From: Candidatus Marinacidobacterium sp.
Lineage (GTDB): Bacteria; Acidobacteriota; Vicinamibacteria; Marinacidobacterales; Marinacidobacteraceae
Direction: 5' to 3'
Length of the DNA: 64,000 bases
Assembly: GCA_965204755.1 (NCBI GenBank)
Contig: OZ242011.1
Span: 1,280,001 to 1,344,000, forward strand
Below are positions 27,018-36,428 of the stretch, piece after piece; the first letter of the stretch is position 1; each line of letters opens with the position of its first letter. The notes under the pieces are model-generated. The model was given only the letters and a program-made list of their open reading frames with translations, did not search any database and was not told the DNA's origin. The position numbers and the translations under genes are program-made.

Positions 27018-28211
27018 TTACTGCTCGCGGAGGGCGCCGACGACGCTCCGGCGGGCGGCGCTGATCGCCGGGAACAGGCCGCCGACCGCGCCGATGAACA
27101 GCGCCAGCGTGATGCCCTGGGCGAGGAGCGCGGCGTTGACCTCGAAGGCGAACGCCACCTGGCTGAACGAGGCGAAGTTGATCGTCGCCGCCCGGAACCC
27201 GTCGAACAGCAGGTAGGAGGCGCCGCCGCCCACCAGGGCGCCGAGGAGGGCGAACACCAGCGACTCGACGATCACCGAGAACACCACCGGCAGCCGCGCG
27301 AAACCGAGCGCCCGCAGCGTGGCGATCTCCCGCGACCGCGTGGAGACGGCGGCGTACATGGTGTTCAGCGCGGCGAACACCGCGCCGGCCGACATCATGG
27401 AGACGATGATCCAGCCGAGCGCCGAGATGAAGATCTCCATCGGCCGGGACTGCGCCGCCAGGTACTCGGTCTCCCGCTCGGCGCCCACATTGAGCCGGGG
27501 ATCGTCGTCGAGCGCCGCCGAGAAGCCGTCGAACGCCGCGGCGTCGGTCAGCCGGACGAAGGCGGCGTTGTACGAGTTGCCGCGCCGATACGCCTGCTGC
27601 AGCATCCGCGTGTCGGTCCAGATCTCCGACTCGGAGACCCCGCCGCCGGCGAACCGGCCGACCACTTCCCAGGAACTGCGGCCCACGGCGATCCGGTCCC
27701 CCACCAGGAGTCCCTCGAAGGCGGCGGCCGCCCCCTGCCCGACGATCACTTCGTTGCGGCCTTCCTCGAACATCCGACCCTCGACGATCTCGAGGTTGTC
27801 GCGCACGGCGAAGGCCGCCGCTTCGACCCCTCTGAGGGGCACATTGGCGTCCGTGCCGGCGCCGATCTTCTTGCGGTCGATGATGACGAAGAGTTCCGGG
27901 GACACGAGCGCGCCGCTCGGGCCCCGGGCCACGCCGGGCGCCTCTTCGATCGCCTCGATGTCCTGCCGGGAGAGGATGCTGACCGACTCGCCGGTCGAGC
28001 CCGACCGCAGGACGACCGCCACCTCGTCCCGGGCCTGCCCGGTCACCACCGAGCGGAACCCGGCGGCGATGGAGAGCACGGCCACGAGCACCCCGACCAC
28101 CCCGGCGATGCCGAAGACGGCGACGACGGAGACCCCCCGCCGCTCCCAGATCGTCTCCAGGTTGTAGCGGGCGACCGCCCGGCACTGCCTCAGGAAAGAA
28201 CCGAAACGCAT
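27018..28211 (-). CDS. MacB/FtsX-type ABC permease
   Basis: ATG at 28211; motifs LNTMYAAVSTRSREIATLRALGF and GGLFPAI.AAR. Confidence 0.9.
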   Translation of the reverse strand: MRFGSFLRQCRAVARYNLETIWERRGVSVVAVFGIAGVVGVLVAVLSIAAGFRSVVTGQARDEVAVVLRSGSTGESVSILSRQDIEAIEEAPGVARGPSGALVSPELFVIIDRKKIGAGTDANVPLRGVEAAAFAVRDNLEIVEGRMFEEGRNEVIVGQGAAAAFEGLLVGDRIAVGRSSWEVVGRFAGGGVSESEIWTDTRMLQQAYRRGNSYNAAFVRLTDAAAFDGFSAALDDDPRLNVGAERETEYLAAQSRPMEIFISALGWIIVSMMSAGAVFAALNTMYAAVSTRSREIATLRALGFARLPVVFSVIVESLVFALLGALVGGGASYLLFDGFRAATINFASFSQVAFAFEVNAALLAQGITLALFIGAVGGLFPAISAARRSVVGALREQ

Positions 28212-28261
28212 CGTCGTCCTCTTCGCACCCGGGGTGTTCGGTCGGTGATCGGGCCCGCCGC

Positions 28262-29422
28262 CTACAGTCGGCGGAGCGCGAACGCGGGGCGGAGGCGCAT
28301 CGCCCGCCGAGCCGGGAAGACCCCGGTGACGAGCCCGGTGAGGAACGCCAGCGCGATGCCGAGGAGGATGTCCTGCGGGCGGAGGAAGAGACCCGGGAAG
28401 TAGGTCGCGAGAGTCGGGCGCAGCGCGGCGGCGATCCCCGAGGCGAGGAGCAGCCCGAAGAGTCCCGCCGTGGTGGAGAGCGCCACCGACTCCAGGAGGA
28501 TGAGCCGCATCACCCGGTTCGAGGTGAAACCCACCGCCTTGAGCAACCCGATCTCGCCGACGCGCTCCCGGACCGACTGGGCCATCGTGTTGCCGGCCAC
28601 CAGCAGGACGGTGAAGAACACCGCGCCGAGGATCGAGGTCACGATGAGCCCGATGTTGCCGATCTGGTTGGCGAAGCCGGCGGCGAACGCGCCCTCCGGC
28701 TCGCTCTTGGTTTCGGCTTCGGAGTTGCGGAACAGCGTGTCTATGGCCTCCGCGGTCTCGGCCGCGCGGTCCGGATCGGCGATCCGCACCATGTACCAGC
28801 CGACGGTTCCGCGTCCGAAACTCCGGGCCTCGTCGAAGAAGTCGTAGCGGAACAGGAACTGGGTCTGGTCGAAGCCCTCGACCTCGGAGTCGTAGATCCC
28901 CACCAACTCGAACTCCCAAGCCGCGTCTCCCCGTCCCTGCTGCGTCCAGATCGTCGGGCGGATCGGGATCCGGTCGCCGACCTCCCAGCCGTACCGTTCG
29001 GCGTTCGCCCGGCCGGTGACCGCCCCGTTCCGGGTCTCGATCCAGCGCGCCTTCTCCTCCTCGGTGAGTCGGACTTCCGGATACATGTCGAGGTATTCGG
29101 CCGGGCGCACCGGCGACTGCATGAAGAAGTTGGACGGATCCTGATAGACCCCGCCGAACCAGGTCATGTGGACCGCGTCCACCACGCCGTCCAAACTCTC
29201 GATGTCCGCCTCGTAGGACTCGGGCAGCATCTGGAAAAGCGAGACCCGGTGGCGGACCACCAGCCGGTCTTCGTTCGCGATGTCCACGCCGGCGGCGAGC
29301 GCCACCCGCAGCATCGCCAGGACGCCGAAGATCAGGAAGGCGAAGAGGACCGAGGAGAAGGTGAGGAAGGTGCGGGTCTTCTTGCGCCGGAGGGCGGCGC
29401 CGATCAGCGGGAGCGAACTCAC
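28262..29422 (-). CDS. MacB/FtsX-type ABC permease
   Basis: GTG overlapping the ATPase stop; motifs NTMAQSVRERVGEIGLLKAVGF and RRKKTRTFLT. Confidence 0.9.
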   Translation of the reverse strand: MSSLPLIGAALRRKKTRTFLTFSSVLFAFLIFGVLAMLRVALAAGVDIANEDRLVVRHRVSLFQMLPESYEADIESLDGVVDAVHMTWFGGVYQDPSNFFMQSPVRPAEYLDMYPEVRLTEEEKARWIETRNGAVTGRANAERYGWEVGDRIPIRPTIWTQQGRGDAAWEFELVGIYDSEVEGFDQTQFLFRYDFFDEARSFGRGTVGWYMVRIADPDRAAETAEAIDTLFRNSEAETKSEPEGAFAAGFANQIGNIGLIVTSILGAVFFTVLLVAGNTMAQSVRERVGEIGLLKAVGFTSNRVMRLILLESVALSTTAGLFGLLLASGIAAALRPTLATYFPGLFLRPQDILLGIALAFLTGLVTGVFPARRAMRLRPAFALRRL

Positions 29423-30141
29423 GCCGCCGGGGCCGCGGCCAACCGGCCGTCTTCGAGGTGGAGGGTGCGCGAAGCGCGCGCCGCCGCCAACGGGTCGTGG
29501 GTGACCATCAGGATGGTCTTGTCGTGTTCCCGGTTCAGCGCCGACAGGAGGTCGAGGATCTCCCCGGTGGTCACCCGGTCGAGGTCGCCGGTCGGCTCGT
29601 CGCACACCAGGAGCGCCGGGTCGGCCACGATCGCGCGGGCGATCCCGACCCGCTGCTGTTCTCCGCCCGAGAGTTCGCGGGGGTAGTGCGCGCCCCGGTC
29701 GGAGAGCCCCACGATGTCGAGCGCGATCTCCACCCGGCGGCGCCGCTCCTTCCGGGAGAGCGAAGTGAGCAGCAGCGGCACCGCGACATTCTTCCGGGCG
29801 TTCAGCGCCCCGAGCAGGTTGGCGAACTGGAACACGAACCCGACCTGGCGCGAGCGCCAGGCGGCCAGCCGGCGCTCGGACAGCCGGTGGATCGCCGCGC
29901 CTCCGACGACGACCTCCCCCTCTCCCGGCCGGTCGAGACCGGCGACCAAGTTCAGGAGCGTGGACTTCCCCGATCCGGAAGGCCCCATCAACGCCAAGAA
30001 CTCACCCCGTTCCATGGAGAGGCTCAGGCCGCGGAGCACCGGCACGGTCCTCTTCCCCTGGCGGAAGACGCGGGTCACTTCCCGGACTTCCACCATCGGC
30101 GATCCCGCCTCGGCCGGCGGCGCCGGCGTCTCGTCACTCAT
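29419..30141 (-). CDS. ABC ATP-binding protein (LolD/MacB-like)
   Basis: Motifs GPSGSGKST, LSGGEQQR, DEPTGDLD and VTHD. Confidence 0.95.
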   Translation of the reverse strand: MSDETPAPPAEAGSPMVEVREVTRVFRQGKRTVPVLRGLSLSMERGEFLALMGPSGSGKSTLLNLVAGLDRPGEGEVVVGGAAIHRLSERRLAAWRSRQVGFVFQFANLLGALNARKNVAVPLLLTSLSRKERRRRVEIALDIVGLSDRGAHYPRELSGGEQQRVGIARAIVADPALLVCDEPTGDLDRVTTGEILDLLSALNREHDKTILMVTHDPLAAARASRTLHLEDGRLAAAPAA

Positions 30142-30181
30142 TCCGGTGATTCCTTCCCGTTTGCGATCCGGATCCTCCGGC

Positions 30182-31450
30182 TCAGCCGGAGGCGTTCGAC
30201 CCTTCGGCGGTTTCCTCGACCACTTCCGCGCCGTCGGCGAGTTCCGCCGGGCCGGCCACCACGACTCGATCCCCTTCCGCCAGACCGGAAAGGACGAACA
30301 CCTCGTCTTCCCGCGGATCCCCGAGCCGCACGGCGCGCCGCTGCACCCGGCCGGCGCGAACCAGGTACACCAGGTCGCGGCCGGTGTCCGCGAACACCGC
30401 GGCCCGGGGCACGAGCAATCCGCCGGCGGTCTGCCGCGGCGCCGCTTCCGTAGCGCGGAAACTCACCCGGACGCCCATGTCCGGCAGGATTCGCGGCTCG
30501 AGTTCCTCGAACCCGATCCGCACGCGCACGGTGGCCCGATCCCGGTCGGCGGTGGGGATGATGGCGATCACCCGCGCGGGAATCTCCGAGTCCGGGTAGG
30601 AGTCGAGCACCGCCGCCACCGGCTGGCCGGGAGACACCCGGTTGATGTACGCCTCGTTCACATCCACTTCGATTTCCCGCGAGTCCATGTCCACGATGGT
30701 GCCGATTCCGGTGCGGGTGAATCCGGCGCCGCCGGCGATCGGCGACATCATCTCGCCGGGCTGGGCGTTCTTGGCGGTGATCACGCCGTCGAACGGCGCG
30801 CGAACCACCGTGTCCTCGATCTGCTGGCGGATCACATCCACCTGGCGCTCCGCCACGGCGATGTCCTCCCGCTGGCGGTTCCGCCGGGCTTCGAGGGTCG
30901 CCACCTCGCCGTCCACGGCGTCGAGGTCCGCCTGTCCGAGCACCCGCTCCGCCACCAGGCGGCGGGTCCGCTCCTGGCGCAGCCCGGCTTCCGCGATCTG
31001 CGCCTCCACTTCGAGCAGCGACTTCCGGGCCGAGTCCGCCTGCGCTTCGGCCAGGCGAAGGCTCCGTTCCAGGTTCGAGGAGTCCAGCCGCGCCAGCACC
31101 TGCCCGGCGGTGACCGCCATCCCCTCCTCGATGGAGACCTCGGTGATCTGCCCGGCCATCTTCGAGGACACCGTGGCCTGCCGCCGGGCGGTCACATAGC
31201 CGCTCGCGTTCAGCACCGTGGTCCCCGCCGACATCGCCGCGGCCCGCACCCGGGCGGTGCGGACGACGACGGCCTCCGGCTCCCGGCCGAAGAGGAACGC
31301 CGCCGCGACCACGCCGGCGAGCGCGAGCGCGCCGCCGAAGACCGCGGTCCAGAGCGCGATCCGGCCGGAACCGCGCTCCTCTTCCTCGATCTTCAGTTCG
31401 CCGAGCCGGGTGGCGGCCCGGGCCCCGGGCCGGTGTTCGGCGTCGGTCAT
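30182..31450 (-). CDS. Efflux periplasmic adaptor (MacA-like membrane fusion protein)
   Basis: TM anchor; motifs ASGYV, VRAPFDGVI and EVDVNE; coiled-coil hairpin. Confidence 0.92.
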   Translation of the reverse strand: MTDAEHRPGARAATRLGELKIEEEERGSGRIALWTAVFGGALALAGVVAAAFLFGREPEAVVVRTARVRAAAMSAGTTVLNASGYVTARRQATVSSKMAGQITEVSIEEGMAVTAGQVLARLDSSNLERSLRLAEAQADSARKSLLEVEAQIAEAGLRQERTRRLVAERVLGQADLDAVDGEVATLEARRNRQREDIAVAERQVDVIRQQIEDTVVRAPFDGVITAKNAQPGEMMSPIAGGAGFTRTGIGTIVDMDSREIEVDVNEAYINRVSPGQPVAAVLDSYPDSEIPARVIAIIPTADRDRATVRVRIGFEELEPRILPDMGVRVSFRATEAAPRQTAGGLLVPRAAVFADTGRDLVYLVRAGRVQRRAVRLGDPREDEVFVLSGLAEGDRVVVAGPAELADGAEVVEETAEGSNASG

Positions 31451-31510
31451 TCGTCGAAGCGGAAGTCGTCCGGGAAGGTCGGCGAGAGAGGGGGAGGGGG
31501 TCGCCCGCCC

Positions 31511-31555
31511 GCGTCCGGGAGGCGTCCGGAAGGCGTCCGGAAGGCGTCCGGGAAG
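31511..31555 (+). repeat. Four tandem ~11-bp repeats GCGTCCGG(G)AAG upstream of the exporter operon
   Basis: Units start at 31511, 31522, 31533 and 31544; two further GTCCGGGAAG copies at 31468 and 31600. Confidence 0.85.
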
Positions 31556-31693
31556 GCCACTACGCCGCCCGCGCGCCGAGGTTCCCGACCGGAGGGCCGG
31601 TCCGGGAAGCCGTCCGCCCGCCGTTTCGCCGGTTGGCTCCGCCGGAAGTCTCGGGCGTCCCCGCCCCCGTCCTACTCCCCGGCGGGAGGAACC

Positions 31694-32407
31694 TTACGCG
31701 CCCGCGTCGGCGGCGGGCGCCGACTCCCCGTCGGAGCCGGGCGGGGGACGGCGGGCGACCGGGACTTCCGCCGGAAGAAGCAGGAAGACGCCGTAGCCGC
31801 GGCAGACCGGATCGGAGACATAGTCGGCGAGCAGCGCCCGCGCCCGGAAACCGAGACGGAGTTGGACGCTGACCGTGGGGTCGAAAGTCTCCCCGGCGAC
31901 CACTCGCCGGTAGTACTCCTCGGCCGGGAGGCGGTCGGCCACCGCGCCGTAACCGCTCAGCAGCCCCACGGTGACTTGACCGGAGAGCCCGCGCCGCTGC
32001 ACCAGCCGGTGGCGCGCGGCGTAGAGCGCCCGGGCCATGCCCCGCCGGCGGTAGTCGGGATGGACCGCGAGGTCCACGCCGTAGAGCCAGGCGCCGTCCG
32101 GGTCGTGGGCGCCCAGGAACCCGCCGCCGAAGATGTCCTCGAAGGAGTGCTCCGGCCGGTCGAGGTCCGTGTCCAGCCGCACCGTGGTGGTGGAGGCCAC
32201 CGGGATGCCGGGCATCTCCCCGGCGACGGCGGCGAACTGCCCCTCGGGGAACATGGCCACATGCCGCCGGTAGTGGGCGGCCTCGAACCGCTGGCGCGGG
32301 TCCAGGGTGGGGAATACCCGGCGCTGGAGCGCGGCCAGGGTCTCCGCGTGTTCGGGCGCGGTCGGGACGACCCTCCACCGGGCCATCGGGTCCGGGCGGG
32401 GCGTCAT
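31694..32407 (-). CDS. GNAT family N-acetyltransferase
   Basis: Motifs FPEGQF, LYGVDLAVHPDYRRRGMARALY and DPTVSVQLRLGF. Confidence 0.9.
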   Translation of the reverse strand: MTPRPDPMARWRVVPTAPEHAETLAALQRRVFPTLDPRQRFEAAHYRRHVAMFPEGQFAAVAGEMPGIPVASTTTVRLDTDLDRPEHSFEDIFGGGFLGAHDPDGAWLYGVDLAVHPDYRRRGMARALYAARHRLVQRRGLSGQVTVGLLSGYGAVADRLPAEEYYRRVVAGETFDPTVSVQLRLGFRARALLADYVSDPVCRGYGVFLLLPAEVPVARRPPPGSDGESAPAADAGA

Positions 32408-32417
32408 CGGGGCGGAC

Positions 32418-33908
32418 TCACCCGGCGGCCGGCCGGGGACGAAGACCCAGCGTGCCGAGCCGCCCGTGTTCGGCGATCGGCCGGCCCCCGGAGTCCGTGA
32501 GCCGCCGCGGTGGATGGGAGGCGCCGGTCAGGATCGAGACCGCGACCATGGCCGCGAAGGACAGCGGCATGGCGATCAGGGCGTTCGGCAGGGCCGTCGC
32601 GCCGGCGAACAGCGCCCCGCGCAGCACCAGCGCCAGCCAGACGCCGAGGCCGGTGAGGATGCCGGCGACGGCGCCCGGCCCGTTCGCCCGCTTCCAATAG
32701 AGCCCGAGCGTGAGGGGCGCGAACAGCGCGACCATCATCACCGTCCACGACTCCACCATCAGCGTGTACACGCTCCCGAACAGGAGCGCCACCGCCAGCG
32801 CGAGCCCGCAGAACACGACGACGCCGGCGCGTACGGCGACCAGGACTTCCTTCGGGGACAGGTCCTTCGCCACATTGCGGACGATGTTCTGGCCGAACAC
32901 GCTGGCGGGCGCGAGCAGGCCGCTGTCCGCGGAACTCATCATCGCGGAGAAGAGCGCCCCCAGGAACAACGCGAGCCCTACCGGCGGCAAGTACTCCATC
33001 GCCAGCCGGGGCACGATCTCCTCCGGGTTCGAGAGACCGGGCATGAGCACCGAACCCACCATCCCCAGCGCCACCGGAATCAGCCCTACCACGAGATAGA
33101 GCCCGCCGCCGAAGTAGGCGCTCCACTGGGCGATCCGTTCGCTCCGGGCGCTGAGCGCCCGCTGCATCAGGTCCTGACCGGGAAGGTTGCCGACCCCGAT
33201 GAGCAGCCACGCCTGCAAGAAGAACGCCCACTCGAGGACGCCGCCCGCCGGCAGGAAGCGCGTATGGCCCTCCCGCATCCGCTCGACCGCCGACGAAACG
33301 CCGCCCGCTTCGCCCAGGACCAGCGGCAGGAGGACGGAGATCGCGGCGATGAGGACGACGGCCTGGAAAAAGTCGGTCAGCGTGACCCCCCACATCCCGC
33401 CGAGGACGGTGTACGCGAGCACGATCGCGGCGGCGATCATCACGCTGGCGACGAAGGGAAGGTCGGCGTACGCGGAGAGCACCGTTCCCACCGCCAGGAG
33501 TTGGGAGCCCACCCAGCCGATATAGGCGGGCAACACCGAAGCCGCGCCCAGGATCTCGGCCGTCCTCCCGAATCGCCGACGGAAGAAGTCGGCGACGGTG
33601 AGCAGCCGCAGCCGGCGCAGCACCCGCACATAGAACGCCCCGGCGAGAAGCAGGCAGAGCGCCGCGCCGAACGGATCGGCGACCACCGCGGAGAGTCCGC
33701 CGGAGTACGCGGCTCCGGCCGCCCCGATCATCGTGCCGCCCCCGAACCAGGTGGCGAAGAGGGTGAAGGTGCAAAGCCCGATCCCCAGCCTCCGCCCGGC
33801 GACGACGAAGTCGGTCGCGTTCCGGATCCGCCTCGACGAGAGCGCCCCGAGCGTCAGCAGCGCGAGCAGGTAGAGCGCGACGGTGATGCCGACGAAGGCG
33901 TCGCTCAC
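32418..33908 (-). CDS. Sodium:solute symporter (SLC5, choline-transporter-like)
   Basis: Motifs DFVVAGR, ATWFGG, YTVLGGMWGV..TDFFQ, QDLMQR and SAMMSSADS; about 13 TM segments. Confidence 0.92.
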   Translation of the reverse strand: MSDAFVGITVALYLLALLTLGALSSRRIRNATDFVVAGRRLGIGLCTFTLFATWFGGGTMIGAAGAAYSGGLSAVVADPFGAALCLLLAGAFYVRVLRRLRLLTVADFFRRRFGRTAEILGAASVLPAYIGWVGSQLLAVGTVLSAYADLPFVASVMIAAAIVLAYTVLGGMWGVTLTDFFQAVVLIAAISVLLPLVLGEAGGVSSAVERMREGHTRFLPAGGVLEWAFFLQAWLLIGVGNLPGQDLMQRALSARSERIAQWSAYFGGGLYLVVGLIPVALGMVGSVLMPGLSNPEEIVPRLAMEYLPPVGLALFLGALFSAMMSSADSGLLAPASVFGQNIVRNVAKDLSPKEVLVAVRAGVVVFCGLALAVALLFGSVYTLMVESWTVMMVALFAPLTLGLYWKRANGPGAVAGILTGLGVWLALVLRGALFAGATALPNALIAMPLSFAAMVAVSILTGASHPPRRLTDSGGRPIAEHGRLGTLGLRPRPAAG

Positions 33909-33961
33909 GAGCGGTCACCCCGACCGGCCGGCCGGCGGGGAAGGCGCCGCGCTCCGGGCGT

Positions 33962-34990
33962 TCACCCGGAAACGCCGGTGCGTCTCCTGTAGGCGTCGGT
34001 CTCGTACACCTCCGGGTTCACGCAGTTCGGCGCGCGCCCCCGCCCCAGGTGCGCCAACGCGTTCTCGGCGCACATGGTGGCCATGCGGTCGCGCGTCGCC
34101 CGGCTGGCGCTCGCGATGTGCGGGAGGATCACCACCTGCTCCAGGCCGACGAGGCCGGGATGGACCTGCGGCTCGTTCTCGAACACATCCAGCCCGGCGC
34201 CGGCGATCCGGCCGTCCTTGAGCGCCTCCGCCAACGCCGCCTCGTCCACGACCGGGCCGCGGGCGGTGTTGACGAGGAAAGCGGTCGGCTTCATCCGCCG
34301 GAAGGCCTCGGCGTCGAACAGGTGATGCGTCGAGGCGTTCAGGTCCGAGTGGATGGTCACGAAGTCACTGCGTTCGAGCAGCGCCGGGAAGTCGGCGTAC
34401 TCCACATCGTCCCGCGCCTCGATGATCTCCCGCATCGGCGGATCGAAGGCCAGCGCTTCCATTTCGAAGCCGTGCGCGCGCCGGAGCATCGCCTGCCCGA
34501 TCCGGCCGAAACCCACGATGCCCAGCGTCTTCCGGCGGCCGTCCCCGCCCGGGCTGATGTCCGCCCCCAGCATCAGCGCCGGGCCCCAGATCCGGTAGCG
34601 GCCCTCGCGCAGGTAGCGGTCGGCCGGGACGACCCGCCGGGCGACGGCCATGAGCAACGCCCAAGCGAGGTCGGCGGTAGTGTCGGTCAACACTCCCGGC
34701 GTGTTCGACACCGGCAGCCCCAACTCGGTGGCCGCGGGCACATCCACATTGTTGAAGCCGACCGCGTAGTTCGCCACGCCGAGCAACTGCGGCCCGGCTT
34801 CCATCAGTTCCCGGTCCACCGCCTCCGTGAGGAGCGACACATGGACATCGGCGGACCGCGCGCCCCGGAGCACCCGCTCCCTCGGCGGGCCGGCGTCGTC
34901 CCTCGTTTCGGCGATTTCGACCTCGGCGGCTTCCCGCAGCAGCGAGAGTCCGGCCTCCGGAATCGAACGGGTCAGGAAGATGCGGCTCAT
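33962..34990 (-). CDS. D-isomer-specific 2-hydroxyacid dehydrogenase (glyoxylate/hydroxypyruvate reductase)
   Basis: Motifs AVGFNNVD, NTPGVLTDTTAD, GFGRIG, NTARGPVVDE, GLDVFENEP and PHIAS; ATG at 34990. Confidence 0.93.
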   Translation of the reverse strand: MSRIFLTRSIPEAGLSLLREAAEVEIAETRDDAGPPRERVLRGARSADVHVSLLTEAVDRELMEAGPQLLGVANYAVGFNNVDVPAATELGLPVSNTPGVLTDTTADLAWALLMAVARRVVPADRYLREGRYRIWGPALMLGADISPGGDGRRKTLGIVGFGRIGQAMLRRAHGFEMEALAFDPPMREIIEARDDVEYADFPALLERSDFVTIHSDLNASTHHLFDAEAFRRMKPTAFLVNTARGPVVDEAALAEALKDGRIAGAGLDVFENEPQVHPGLVGLEQVVILPHIASASRATRDRMATMCAENALAHLGRGRAPNCVNPEVYETDAYRRRTGVSG

Positions 34991-36294
34991 GCGGCGATCC
35001 CCACGGCGACGGTGTCGTCGAGAAAACGCCGAAACCCGTCGCGGTCGGCGGCTCCGGCGGCGATCCTCCCGATGCCGTCGCGGAGCGAGTCCAGGTCGGC
35101 GGCGTACGAGAGACGGAGGAAGTCCTGTCCCTCGCTGCCGATCACTCCGAAACTGCGCCGGTCCACCAGGGCGACGCCGTGGTAGTAGAGGAGGAACCGG
35201 GACACCAGGGTGGCGGGACTGCTGAGGCGGCGCGCTTCCTCCGGAAGACCCGCGAAATACTCGGTCGCGCCCAGCGCGGCGCACATCCCGGAGATGTTCG
35301 GGAACACATAGAACGCGCCCAGCGGCAGGGCGCAGCGGACGCCGGGAATCTCGTTCAACGCCGGAACGACATAGTCGCGCCGCCGCCGGAACTCTTCCAC
35401 CATCGAGGCGACCACGCCGGCGGTGAGCGGGCTCTCCAGGGCTTCGCGCGCCGCCTCCTGGATGAACGGCGGGACACAGGACACGGTGTTGATGTTGATC
35501 TGCTTGAACCGGAGCGCCTCTTCCGCGGTCGGCAGCACGCACCAGCCGAGCCGCCAACCGGTCATCGCGAATCCCTTGGAGTGCCCGCTGGCGATGATCG
35601 TGCGCTCGGCCATTCCCGGCAGGGAGGCCGGCGAGGTGTGCTCGAAACCGTCGAAGGTGATGTGCTCGTAGATCTCGTCGGAGTAGATGCGGAGATCGGG
35701 ATTCCCCTTTTCGCGGACGAGTTCCGCCACTTCGGCGAGCAGGCTCTTCGGCAGCACGCCGCCGGTGGGGTTCGACGGCGAACAGAGCATGAGCACTTTC
35801 GTCCGGGGGGTGAGCAGCCGTTCGAGGTCTTCGGCGGTGAAGGAGAAGCCGCGCTCTTCCCGAAGCAGGAGCGGTTTCGGAACGCCGCCCAGGTAGGTGA
35901 CCCAGGACTCGTAGATCGGGAATCCGGGGCTCGGGTAGATCACCTCGTCTCCCGGGTCCACATAGGCCATCATGGTGTAGCCGATGGCCGGCTTGGCCCC
36001 CGGCAGGACGATGATCCGGTCGGCGGTCACTTCGAGGCCGCGGGTCTTCGAGACATGGCCCGCGAGGGCCTCCCGGAGCGGCGCCACCCCCGCGGGGTCG
36101 GTGTAGTGCGTGTCGCCCCGGCGGATGGCCCGGACCCCGGCCTCGTTGATGTGGGGCGCGCTGTCGAAGTCCGGTTCCCCGATGGTGAAAGGGATCACTT
36201 CCCGGCCCCGGGCGCGGGCGCGGGCCATGTCCTCGGCGATCTTGAACGCGTTCTCGGTGCCCATCCGCCCGAAACGCTGGGCGAAGAGAGGCAT
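34987..36294 (-). CDS. PLP-dependent aminotransferase class I/II
   Basis: Motifs IGEPDF, SPSNPTG, DEIYE, SKGFAMTGWRLG and GAFYVFP; ATG at 36294. Confidence 0.93.
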   Translation of the reverse strand: MPLFAQRFGRMGTENAFKIAEDMARARARGREVIPFTIGEPDFDSAPHINEAGVRAIRRGDTHYTDPAGVAPLREALAGHVSKTRGLEVTADRIIVLPGAKPAIGYTMMAYVDPGDEVIYPSPGFPIYESWVTYLGGVPKPLLLREERGFSFTAEDLERLLTPRTKVLMLCSPSNPTGGVLPKSLLAEVAELVREKGNPDLRIYSDEIYEHITFDGFEHTSPASLPGMAERTIIASGHSKGFAMTGWRLGWCVLPTAEEALRFKQININTVSCVPPFIQEAAREALESPLTAGVVASMVEEFRRRRDYVVPALNEIPGVRCALPLGAFYVFPNISGMCAALGATEYFAGLPEEARRLSSPATLVSRFLLYYHGVALVDRRSFGVIGSEGQDFLRLSYAADLDSLRDGIGRIAAGAADRDGFRRFLDDTVAVGIAA

Positions 36295-36362
36295 GGAAGG
36301 TTCTGGAATGTCCCCGGCGGTCCGCCGGGGTTCGGGGTCGTGGGCGGCGCGGCCGGTGGCGG

Positions 36363-36372
36363 ATGATATATT
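36363..36372. promoter_or_regulatory. Overlapping divergent -10 boxes (TGnTATATT on +, TATCAT on -)
   Basis: ATGATATATT in the spacer between the divergent genes starting at 36294(-) and 36429(+). Confidence 0.55.
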
Positions 36373-36428
36373 GGCGCCGGCCTCCCGAAGGGGGGCGTTT
36401 CGAGTCAGTTTCCGGCGGCGGGTTGGCG

